Made by a program: the position numbers and the translations under genes. 24,000 nucleotides of DNA from Clostridia bacterium (GTDB taxonomy: Bacteria > Bacillota > Clostridia > Christensenellales > QAND01): assembly GCA_017439715.1 (NCBI GenBank), contig JAFSIR010000010.1, positions 22,726 through 46,725 of the forward strand. Direction: 5' to 3'. Below are positions 14,950-22,619 of this stretch, piece after piece; the first letter of the stretch is position 1; each line of letters starts with the position of its first letter. The notes beneath the pieces were generated by a model, which was given only the letters and a program-made list of their open reading frames with translations, had not been told where the DNA came from and did not search any database.

Positions 14950-17132
14950 AGCTCGTTAAACTTTTTCAGCGCGCGCCTCAGGCCGCTGTACCGCGCTTTG
15001 ATATGGTTGTTGTTCACCATCCTGTTCAGGGCGGCCGGCGGCCCGATGATCCACACCTTTTTGCGCGCCCGCGTAACAGCGGTATACAAAAGGTTGCGGC
15101 TGTACAGCTGCGGCGGCCCGCCCGAAAGCACGATCGCCACATTTTCAAATTCGCTGCCCTGTGATTTGTGGATGCTGATGGCGTAAGAAAGCTGCAAATC
15201 TTCCGTTTGGGCATAGGCATACTCGGCCCGCCGCCCATCTTCAAACAGCACGGTCAGCGTTTGCGAGGCGGTGTCTACCAGTTCCACAACGCCCATTTCC
15301 CCGTTAAACACGCCGCTCCCGTCTTCCTGGAACAATCCTTCATCCCGCGTCCATTCCAACCGATAATCGTTGCGCGTCTGCATCACTTTATCCCCCGTGC
15401 GCAGCGCTTTCCACGGCTTTGGCATCTGTGTTTGGCCGCGGGTGGGGCTGTTGAGCAAATCCTGCAGCAGGCCGTTAAGCCCGTCCACCCCCGTGTCGCC
15501 CCGCCGCATGGGCGTGATCACCTGCACATTCCCACCGCCCGCCACGGCGCTTACCGCCTGGCGGATGCTGCGCGTGTCACGGCAATCGATCAACTCAAAT
15601 TCTCCGGGCGCACATGCGGGCATTTCGCCGCGGTTGATCCGGTGCGCGTTGAGGGAGATGGCGCTGCCTTCCCCCTGCCGATACACCGTGTCCAGCGCGA
15701 TTACCGGGGCCACGCCGCTGTCGATAATATCGTGCAGCACATACCCGGGGCCCACCGAGGGCAGCTGATCCGCATCGCCGATGAAGATCACGCGCGTTCC
15801 ATCGCGCAAAGCGCGGGTGAGGCGCATCAATAAAAAGATGTCCACCATGCTCATTTCGTCTACAATCAGTGCCCCGCAGGTGAGCGGGTTTTCTTCATCC
15901 CGGCGCCAGGTGAACCCATCTTCTTCCACGCCGCCGCTGTATTCCAGCAGCCGATGTATGGTTTTGGCTTCCCGGCCGGTCGCCTCCGTCATGCGTTTTG
16001 CAGCCCGCCCCGTCGGCGCGCACAGGGCCACTTCCAGCCCTGCGCTGTCAAACACCGAAAGCAAAAATTGCACGATGGTTGTTTTTCCCGTGCCCGGCCC
16101 GCCGGTGATCACGCTCAACGTGTTTTCCAACCCTGCCAGCACCGCTGCGCGCTGCTTATCGCTCAGTTTGATACCGCTGCGTTTTTCCTGCGCGGCAATG
16201 GCGCGGTCTGCCTCGGTGCGCAGCGGCATCAGGTCTGCCGCCGCCAGTTTATTGATCCGCACGGCGCACTCCTGCTCGCAGGCATACATCATGCGCGTAT
16301 ACACGGGCTCATCCTCGCCCGGGCCAAGCATCAGTTCCCCCGTTTGCACCATGCGCGCCGCCATGCGGCACACCAGATCAAGATCGGCGCCCAGCTGGGT
16401 GGCCGTGAAATCGCAAAGCATTTGGCTGGGCAGGCAGGTGTGCCCCTGCCCGGCAGCCAGCTGCAGGGAATACCGCAGCCCGGCGTTGATGCGAAACGGT
16501 GCGTCCGCCTCAACGCCCATGTTTCGGGCAATCGCATCCGCCGTTTTGAAGCCGATGCCAAAAACCTCGTCAGCCAGCCGATATGGGTTTTCGCGCACGA
16601 GCATCACGCCGTCGCGCCCGTATTCCCGGGCAATACGAATGGCCTGGCTCACCGTTACCCCGTATTCCGACAGGCCGGTGATCACCTCGCGCATTTCCGC
16701 GTTTTCCCGATAAGAATCGGCGATTTTTTCCGCTGTGATCGGCCCGATCCCGGGCACTTCCTGCAGCCGGTGCGGCGCGAAGGAAAGCACATCCGCCGTA
16801 TCCTTGCCAAAAAAGCGCACAATGGCTTTGGCTGTGCTCGGCCCGCAGCCGCGAATCAGCCCGCTGCCCAAAAACCGCTCCATCGCCTCCGTGCCCTGCG
16901 GCATCATGGGATGACAGGCGCTGATGGCAAGCTGTTTGCCGTATTCCCGATGCACCGTCCACCGGCCGGCCAGCTCCACCGTTTCTCCTTCCCCGAGGGG
17001 CGGCGCGGTGCCAACGGCGGTCAGTTCCCGCCCCGTTTCATCCGAAACAGTCATCACGGTATAGCCGTTTTCCTCGTTGCGGAAGGTGATGTGTTCCACC
17101 GTGCCCGTTATAAACACCTGTTCGTTTTCCAT
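14946..17132 (-). CDS. recD2: SF1B ATP-dependent RecD2-like DNA helicase (YrrC type)
   Basis: Walker A ITGGPGTGKTT, motifs LIVDEMSMVD and IFIGDADQLPSVGPG, a C-terminal SIHKSQGSEF...LLYTAVTRARKKV, and an N-terminal OB/HhH region. I chose the ATG at 17132, which has GGAGG 7 nt upstream. The track ORF extends to 17198. Confidence 0.9.
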   Translation of the reverse strand: MENEQVFITGTVEHITFRNEENGYTVMTVSDETGRELTAVGTAPPLGEGETVELAGRWTVHREYGKQLAISACHPMMPQGTEAMERFLGSGLIRGCGPSTAKAIVRFFGKDTADVLSFAPHRLQEVPGIGPITAEKIADSYRENAEMREVITGLSEYGVTVSQAIRIAREYGRDGVMLVRENPYRLADEVFGIGFKTADAIARNMGVEADAPFRINAGLRYSLQLAAGQGHTCLPSQMLCDFTATQLGADLDLVCRMAARMVQTGELMLGPGEDEPVYTRMMYACEQECAVRINKLAAADLMPLRTEADRAIAAQEKRSGIKLSDKQRAAVLAGLENTLSVITGGPGTGKTTIVQFLLSVFDSAGLEVALCAPTGRAAKRMTEATGREAKTIHRLLEYSGGVEEDGFTWRRDEENPLTCGALIVDEMSMVDIFLLMRLTRALRDGTRVIFIGDADQLPSVGPGYVLHDIIDSGVAPVIALDTVYRQGEGSAISLNAHRINRGEMPACAPGEFELIDCRDTRSIRQAVSAVAGGGNVQVITPMRRGDTGVDGLNGLLQDLLNSPTRGQTQMPKPWKALRTGDKVMQTRNDYRLEWTRDEGLFQEDGSGVFNGEMGVVELVDTASQTLTVLFEDGRRAEYAYAQTEDLQLSYAISIHKSQGSEFENVAIVLSGGPPQLYSRNLLYTAVTRARKKVWIIGPPAALNRMVNNNHIKARYSGLRRALKKFNEL

Positions 17133-17156
17133 GCCGTCCCCTCCTTTCCTGTTTTC

Positions 17157-17185
17157 AGTATAACGGCGGGCAGGCTGCATTGCAA
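17157..17185 (-). promoter_or_regulatory. Sigma-A-type promoter for recD2-comFC
   Basis: Minus strand reads TTGCAA (17185-17180), a 17-nt spacer, then TATACT (17162-17157). Confidence 0.55.
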
Positions 17186-17193
17186 CGCGCGTA

Positions 17194-17222
17194 TTCACCG
17201 CGCGGTCCGATTGTGGTATACT
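17194..17222 (+). promoter_or_regulatory. Possible divergent promoter for the ttcA-like gene
   Basis: TTCACC (17194-17199), a 17-nt spacer, then TGgTATACT (hexamer 17217-17222). Confidence 0.45.
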
Positions 17223-17268
17223 TTAGGCCGAAACGGAGGGGATCCCCATCAAACAAACCCTTGGCGCC

Positions 17269-18021
17269 GTGCGGCGGGCGGATTTTGAGTTTGACCTGAT
17301 CCATGACGGTGACCGCATCGCCGTAGGTCTGTCGGGCGGAAAAGATTCGCTCACCCTGCTGCATGCGCTTCATTTATACGGCATGTTTTCCCATAAAAAC
17401 TATTCGCTGTGCGCCATCACGGTTGATCCCGGGCTAGGGTTTGATCCGGAGCCGCTCAGGGCCTATTGCCAGTCGCTGAACATCCCGTATGTGTTTGCGC
17501 CCGGTGCCGTGGTGGAAACCGCGCTGTCCCTGCGCAAAGATGACGGCAAAACGCCTTGTTTCCTGTGCGCCAAAATGCGGCGGGGCGCGCTCAACCGCGT
17601 GGCAGCGGAAAACGGGTGTAATGTAGTCGCCCTTGGCCACCATAGAGACGATGCGCTTGAAACGTTTTTAATGAGCATGTTCTATGAAGGCCGGCTGAAC
17701 ACGCTGGCCCCCCGCTCTTATCTGGAGCGCACGGGGCTCACGGTGATCCGCCCCATGCTGTACCTGCCCGAGCTGCATATCAAGGGCGTGGCAAAGCGGT
17801 TGGAATTGCCTGTTTGCCCGGCCGTTTGCCCGTATGACGGGCATACCATGCGCGAAACGATGAAGCAAACGATCAAAGAACTGTCCCGCCGGTTCCCCAA
17901 CGCGGATGAAATGATGTTTGCCGCGCTGCGCAACACCAACGGCTATCATCTGTGGGATAAATATCGGGTGAACGACCCTGTTGCCACCGGGCACCTGCGG
18001 CGCATCAAACCGGAAAAATAA
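17269..18021 (+). CDS. ttcA: PP-loop ATPase, tRNA 2-thiocytidine synthase TtcA-like
   Basis: PP-loop SGGKDS, plus CFLCAKMRRG and CPAVCPYDG cysteine motifs. The coordinates given are the GTG-initiated track ORF. Conserved-looking residues and a GGAGGGG RBS lie upstream of that GTG, so the true start is probably near 17248 (see findings). Confidence 0.8.
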   Translation: MRRADFEFDLIHDGDRIAVGLSGGKDSLTLLHALHLYGMFSHKNYSLCAITVDPGLGFDPEPLRAYCQSLNIPYVFAPGAVVETALSLRKDDGKTPCFLCAKMRRGALNRVAAENGCNVVALGHHRDDALETFLMSMFYEGRLNTLAPRSYLERTGLTVIRPMLYLPELHIKGVAKRLELPVCPAVCPYDGHTMRETMKQTIKELSRRFPNADEMMFAALRNTNGYHLWDKYRVNDPVATGHLRRIKPEK

Positions 18022-18047
18022 AAAAAGCGGCTTTGAGCCGCTTTTTT
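18021..18047. terminator. Bidirectional intrinsic terminator between ttcA (+) and mbl/mreB (-)
   Basis: aaaaaaGCGGCuuugaGCCGCuuuuuu. Confidence 0.85.
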
Positions 18048-18059
18048 ATTGCTTGTCCA

Positions 18060-19124
18060 TTACAGGTTGAAATACTCGCCGCGTTTATAATCGCGCACGG
18101 CGCTGGCCGTGTAACTGTCAAGGTCTTCCAGGGCTTTGCCCGTGCCGATGGCCACGCAGCTGACCGCGTCTTCCGCCACATAGCAGGGCACCTTGGTTTT
18201 CTCGGCCAGCATACGATCCAGCCCATAGAGCAGGGAGCCGCCGCCCGTCATGCAGATGCCGTTGGCGGAAATATCGGCCGAAAGTTCCGGCGGGGTGCGC
18301 TCCAGTACATTATGCACCGCTTCAAACACCAGCTGCATGGGCTCTTCCAGCGCTTCGAGGATCTCGTTGCCCGCCACGCGCACTTTGCGCGGCAGGCCGG
18401 AAATCAGGTTGCGCCCCGTTACATCCATATACACTTCTTCGGTGCGGGGATAAGCCGTGCCGATATTGATTTTCAGTTCTTCAGCCGTTCTGTCGCCGAT
18501 CAGCAGGTTATGTTTTTTGCGGATATAGCGCACGATCGCTTCGTCAAACCGGTCGCCCGCGCATTTGATCGATTCGCTGACCACCGCGCCACCCAAGCTG
18601 ATAACGGCAATGTCCGCCGTGCCGCCGCCGATATCCAGCACCATGGAACCGTACGGCGTACCGATATCAATACCGGCGCCGATGGCCGCGGCGATGGGCT
18701 CTTCAATCAGGTATGTTTTGCGCGCGCCGGCCTCATCCGACGCTTCGATCACGCTGCGTTTTTCCACCTCTGTCACGCCGCTGGGCACGCACACGACCAC
18801 ACGGGGCTTGAAAAACAGCCGGCGGCCGATAACCTTGCGCAAAAAGTACCGCAGCATGCGCTCGGTAACATCAAAGTTGGAGATAACGCCGTCTTTGAGC
18901 GGGCGGATGGCCACGATGTTGCCCGGCGTGCGGCCGATCATGCGGCGCGCCTCATCCCCGATGGCGACCATGCGGCCGCTCATCCGGTCAATCGCAACCA
19001 CGCTCGGCTCGCGCAGCACGATGCCCTTTCCCTTTACATATACCAGAACGCTGGCAGTTCCAAGATCGATGCCAACATCGCTGTATTCAAACATACCTCT
19101 TCCGAAACCGGATTTGAATGCCAT
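18060..19124 (-). CDS. mbl: Rod-shape-determining actin homologue (MreB/Mbl family)
   Basis: 354 aa with motifs IDLGTASVLVY, RTPGNIVAIRPLKDGVI, DIGGGTADIAV and ITGGGSLL. RBS GAGGAG is 6 nt upstream. Its position immediately downstream of spoIIID mirrors B. subtilis spoIIID-mbl. The paralogue assignment (mbl versus mreB) rests on synteny only. Confidence 0.9.
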   Translation of the reverse strand: MAFKSGFGRGMFEYSDVGIDLGTASVLVYVKGKGIVLREPSVVAIDRMSGRMVAIGDEARRMIGRTPGNIVAIRPLKDGVISNFDVTERMLRYFLRKVIGRRLFFKPRVVVCVPSGVTEVEKRSVIEASDEAGARKTYLIEEPIAAAIGAGIDIGTPYGSMVLDIGGGTADIAVISLGGAVVSESIKCAGDRFDEAIVRYIRKKHNLLIGDRTAEELKINIGTAYPRTEEVYMDVTGRNLISGLPRKVRVAGNEILEALEEPMQLVFEAVHNVLERTPPELSADISANGICMTGGGSLLYGLDRMLAEKTKVPCYVAEDAVSCVAIGTGKALEDLDSYTASAVRDYKRGEYFNL

Positions 19125-19190
19125 TGGTTTCTCCTCGCTTTAAAGCCTGTCCGCACGCAAAGCACAGAACGGCATAATTATCTAACCTGT

Positions 19191-19219
19191 ATCATACCCC
19201 ATTGCTCTCATTCTTTCAA
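19191..19219 (-). promoter_or_regulatory. Sigma-A-type promoter for mbl/mreB
   Basis: Minus strand reads TTGAAA (19219-19214), a 17-nt spacer, then TATGAT (19196-19191). Confidence 0.55.
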
Positions 19220-19222
19220 GTT

Positions 19223-19474
19223 TTAAATATCGCCTTTATATTTTCTGTGCGTGGCCCATCCGCCGCGCAGGTGCCGTTCGGCTTTGTTTTCATCCAGCAC
19301 GGCACGCACGCGCTGATACAAGGCGCGGTTGTTTCGCCTCAATCGCTCACTCACATCTTTATGCACCGTTGATTTGCTGATGCCGAATTTGGCTGCTGCG
19401 GCGCGCACCGTTGCCCCCGTTTCCGCAATGTATAAACCCAGCTGCACCGCCCGTTCGTCAATATTTTCCCGCAC
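19223..19474 (-). CDS. spoIIID: Stage III sporulation protein D (SpoIIID, HTH transcription regulator)
   Basis: IDERAVQLGLYIAETGATVRAAAAKFGISKSTVHKDVSERL...RHLRGGWATHRKYK aligns with B. subtilis SpoIIID (IKERTIKIGKYIVETKKTVRVIAKEFGVSKSTVHKDLTERL...RHLRGGEATKLKYK). I chose the GTG at 19474, which has GGGGAG 8 nt upstream and gives 83 aa. The track ORF extends to 19558. Confidence 0.85.
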   Translation of the reverse strand: MRENIDERAVQLGLYIAETGATVRAAAAKFGISKSTVHKDVSERLRRNNRALYQRVRAVLDENKAERHLRGGWATHRKYKGDI

Positions 19475-19513
19475 GCAGAACACTCCCCGTTTCCATAATG
19501 ACCGCTTATCGAA

Positions 19514-19540
19514 GATATATGCATGTGCGTGCAGAACTAT
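19514..19540 (-). promoter_or_regulatory. Sigma-E-like promoter for spoIIID
   Basis: Minus strand reads ATA (19540-19538), a 16-nt spacer, then CATATATC (19521-19514). spoIIID is sigma-E dependent in B. subtilis. Confidence 0.4.
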
Positions 19541-19541
19541 G

Positions 19542-19568
19542 AAAAAAGCCGCCCCCAAAGGGGCGGCT
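19542..19568 (-). terminator. Intrinsic terminator downstream of the Na/Pi cotransporter gene
   Basis: AGCCGCCCCuuugGGGGCGGCU followed by UUUUUU on the minus strand. Confidence 0.8.
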
Positions 19569-19583
19569 GTGCATTTTATCGGG

Positions 19584-21383
19584 TTATCCCTGCAGCTTGT
19601 CCAGTTCCGCTAAATACTGTTCTTTAAACATCTGGTATTTCTCGTTGAACACTTTGTCTTGCCCGGAATGCAGCCAATAGAGATATTCATGGTGTGTTTT
19701 GGCAATCTCTGGGTTGGACAGCCCAATGGTGGAAATACCAATGTTGGAACACTGGTCTGCAATGCGCTCCACATTGGTCAGCACATTCAAAAACACGAGC
19801 CCGCCGTACACCGAGCATTTGCCCTCGATCAGCCGGCGTGTGTGCCTGTTCCGCAGTTTTTCAACCATGGCGTCCACCACTTCTTCCAGCGGCTCGATGG
19901 AAAGAGCGGTCTGCTCGTCGCGGTTTTTAAACGCGGTGCCGGCATATTCCATGATCTGCCCGATCGCTCCGGATAACAGCGCCATTTCCTGCTTGGCAAT
20001 GGGCGAGAAGCCGCTGCCTTTTTCCACCAGCTCCGTGGCGCATTCCGTCAGGTTCACGGCATGATCACCGATGCGCTCAAATTCGGGCAAGCACTGCAGA
20101 TAATAGTTGAGCAGGGTGATATCGTCATCCGTTTTCGCGTGCGCGGACAGGCGCGCCAGATAGCTGTTGGTCATATCCGCCAGCTTATCGATCTTATCCT
20201 CTTTTTCGTTGATCTCCGCCACGGTATCTGCGCTGTATTCGTCCAGGATGCTCATCCCCTGCAGTGCCCCCTGCACGGCAAGATCTGCCATCATGTTGAT
20301 AGACCGGTGGCTGCTTGACAGGGCCAGGGCCGGCATTGTAAAGAATTTTTCGTCCAGCGCAGCGAGCTCGGCATCTTCCTTCTGCCCTTTTTTCACATCG
20401 TCCTTAATGATCATGCGGCTGAGCTTTTCAAACAGCTTAACGAACGGCAGCAGCGTGATGGCGCCGAACAGTTTGAAAACCGTGTTCGCATTGGCAATGC
20501 CGCCGGAATTGATCGGCGCATCCCAGAAACTGCCGAACACGCCCACCTTGTGCAGCACGGTGACAACCACGATCAGCAGCAGCACCTGGAACACATTGAA
20601 TATGATATGGATCATGCCGGTGCGCTTTGCATCGGCCTTGGCGCCGATGGAACACACGATCGCCGTTGTGATGCAATCGCCCATGAAAATGCCCAGCAGC
20701 ATTGCATAGATCGAACCAAACGTTAGTTTCCCCGTGATCGCCAACGCCTGCAGGATGCCCACCGTAGCCGATGAGCTCTGGATGCAGAAGCATGCGGCCA
20801 GGCCCGCAATAAAGCCGAGGATGGGCGTTTCGGAAAGGCCAATGAGCAGGTTGGCAAACGCCTGCGATTCCGCCAGCGGGGCTACCGTTGCCGTCATGTT
20901 CAGCAGGCCGGTAAACAGAATGCCGAAACCCATGGCGATGCCGCCCCATGTATCGGCGTTTTTGAATCTAAACACCATGATCAGCAAAATACCGATCACC
21001 GCCGCCAGTGGCGCCAGCGTTACGGGCTTGAACAGGTTCAGCCATGAGGCTGCGCCCGCGTTCAGGTCCAGCAGGCGGATGATCTGCCCGGTTATCGTGG
21101 TGCCTACATTGGCACCCAGGATAACGCCCAGCGACTGCGGCAGCGTGATGATGCCCGCGCCCACAAGCCCGGAGGTGATCACGATCGTTGCCGTTGAGCT
21201 TTGCACCACGGCGGTGATCACAAGGCCCAGCATAAAGCCCATGAACGGGTTGGCGGTAACCTTCTTCATCGCATTTTTAAGCGCGCCGGAAGATCCCTGC
21301 TGCAGGCCGTTGCCCATAATGCGCATCCCGTACAGGAACAGCGCCAGGCCGCCGGCAAACGAAATAACATCAAAAATTGACAT
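19584..21383 (-). CDS. Na+/phosphate cotransporter family protein with C-terminal PhoU-like domains (YjbB/NptA type)
   Basis: 599 aa. The N-terminal half is polytopic with duplicated Na/Pi-cotransporter motifs (LFLYGMRIMG...VQSSTATIVIT and IQSSSATVGIL). The C-terminal soluble part has ERIGDHAVNL and ERIADQCSNI PhoU-type repeats. Confidence 0.9.
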   Translation of the reverse strand: MSIFDVISFAGGLALFLYGMRIMGNGLQQGSSGALKNAMKKVTANPFMGFMLGLVITAVVQSSTATIVITSGLVGAGIITLPQSLGVILGANVGTTITGQIIRLLDLNAGAASWLNLFKPVTLAPLAAVIGILLIMVFRFKNADTWGGIAMGFGILFTGLLNMTATVAPLAESQAFANLLIGLSETPILGFIAGLAACFCIQSSSATVGILQALAITGKLTFGSIYAMLLGIFMGDCITTAIVCSIGAKADAKRTGMIHIIFNVFQVLLLIVVVTVLHKVGVFGSFWDAPINSGGIANANTVFKLFGAITLLPFVKLFEKLSRMIIKDDVKKGQKEDAELAALDEKFFTMPALALSSSHRSINMMADLAVQGALQGMSILDEYSADTVAEINEKEDKIDKLADMTNSYLARLSAHAKTDDDITLLNYYLQCLPEFERIGDHAVNLTECATELVEKGSGFSPIAKQEMALLSGAIGQIMEYAGTAFKNRDEQTALSIEPLEEVVDAMVEKLRNRHTRRLIEGKCSVYGGLVFLNVLTNVERIADQCSNIGISTIGLSNPEIAKTHHEYLYWLHSGQDKVFNEKYQMFKEQYLAELDKLQG

Positions 21384-21487
21384 GTCCTGTTCTCCCTAAA
21401 AATACAGTGCTAAAAAATATCCATCGGCGCAGTCTCATGCCTGCCGGATACTGTTTTTTATGATTGTTTAAAAATTCAATTAGTTCA

Positions 21488-21516
21488 ATTATAAAATGTT
21501 TTGAAATATATTACAA
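21488..21516 (-). promoter_or_regulatory. Sigma-A-type promoter for the Na/Pi cotransporter gene
   Basis: Minus strand reads TTGTAA (21516-21511), a 17-nt spacer, then TATAAT (21493-21488). It is overlapped by the tandem repeat TAATTGAA-C-TAATTGAA (21491-21475). Confidence 0.5.
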
Positions 21517-21545
21517 CAAAAAAAGGGGAAGGTATGCCTTCCCCT
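21517..21545 (-). terminator. Intrinsic terminator downstream of the flavodoxin-like gene
   Basis: GGGGAAGGcauaCCUUCCCC followed by UUUUUUUU on the minus strand. Confidence 0.8.
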
Positions 21546-21550
21546 CTGAT

Positions 21551-22180
21551 TCATCTGATGAAATCGGTGGCCAGTTTGGGCAGCTCCTGTGCGGGTGCCT
21601 CAATGCCGTTTTGTTTGCCAAGCTCAATGCATTTGAGCAGCCATGCCATGTTCCGCCCCAGCGTGCGCATGGTTTGCATGCCTTCCTTATCCTGCATCAC
21701 ATCTTCCGGGGTATAGCCGTGCACCATGTTCCAATACTGACTGGACACGATGGGCATCTGATTGATGGTGAAATACTTGTTCAGCTGGTCAAACGTTGCC
21801 GTGGTGCCAGCGCGGCGGGCAGACACAACTGCAGCGCCCGGTTTTTGGCGGAACACCGCGCTGTTCGCATAAAACGCGCGGTCCATCACTGCCGAGATCG
21901 CGCCCGAAGCGCTGGCGATATGCACGGGCGAAGCAAAAATAAAGCCATCGGCCGTTTCCGCTTTTTCCAAAATCACATTCACCATATCATCGCGCACGCA
22001 GCGGCCTTTCCCGCCGTTGCGGCACATGTTGCAGGCTGCGCAGCTGTAAAGCGGGCCCACACCGAGATTCACGATCTCCGTTTCAATGCCGGCGGCATTG
22101 AGCTCTTTTTCCACCTCGTGCAGCGCCGTGTAGGTGCACCCGTGCGGATGGGGGCTTCCGTTGATCATCAATACTTTCAT
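21551..22180 (-). CDS. Flavodoxin-like fold NAD(P)H-dependent FMN reductase / iron-sulfur flavoprotein-like protein
   Basis: 209 aa with MKVLMINGSPHPHGCTY (typical NADPH-dependent FMN reductase N-terminus), a Cys cluster CAACNMC...C, and FASPVH. Confidence 0.8.
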   Translation of the reverse strand: MKVLMINGSPHPHGCTYTALHEVEKELNAAGIETEIVNLGVGPLYSCAACNMCRNGGKGRCVRDDMVNVILEKAETADGFIFASPVHIASASGAISAVMDRAFYANSAVFRQKPGAAVVSARRAGTTATFDQLNKYFTINQMPIVSSQYWNMVHGYTPEDVMQDKEGMQTMRTLGRNMAWLLKCIELGKQNGIEAPAQELPKLATDFIR

Positions 22181-22181
22181 G

Positions 22182-22619
22182 TCACTTCCCGTCCTTTCTG
22201 AATACGATGCGTTTACTTAAAATATAATTGGCGATGATCACCAAAATGTTTACAAGGATCTTGCCGATCATGTCCGGCATATGCAGGGCCACCACCAGCA
22301 GGTTCATCAGTGCCATATCCAGCCCCATCGTGATCAGCCGGCAGCCGAAAAAGGCGGCCATTTCCCTGAGCACCGCAGTGCGGCCGGCGGCTTTGCTTTG
22401 AAACACAAAACGCCGGTTGGTTACATATGCAAAGAGGATGGACAGCGTGATCGCGCAAAAATTGGCCGTGTTCAGCGCTGTTACCGGTCCCATCACCGGT
22501 GCAAGCAGGCGGGAGAGCGCATAATAACCGATGAAGTTGACCAGCGTGGTAAGCCCGCCAAAAAACAAATACAGCGTCGGCTCGCGATACGTTCGGAGCA
22601 GCTGCTTTAACCTGTTCAT
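22182..22619 (-). CDS. GtrA-family membrane protein
   Basis: 145 aa with 4 TM helices. The N-terminal LYLFFGGLTTLVNFIGYYAL and C-terminal NYILSKRIVF are characteristic of GtrA-like proteins. Its ATG overlaps the ygiQ stop as ATGA. Confidence 0.8.
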   Translation of the reverse strand: MNRLKQLLRTYREPTLYLFFGGLTTLVNFIGYYALSRLLAPVMGPVTALNTANFCAITLSILFAYVTNRRFVFQSKAAGRTAVLREMAAFFGCRLITMGLDMALMNLLVVALHMPDMIGKILVNILVIIANYILSKRIVFRKDGK

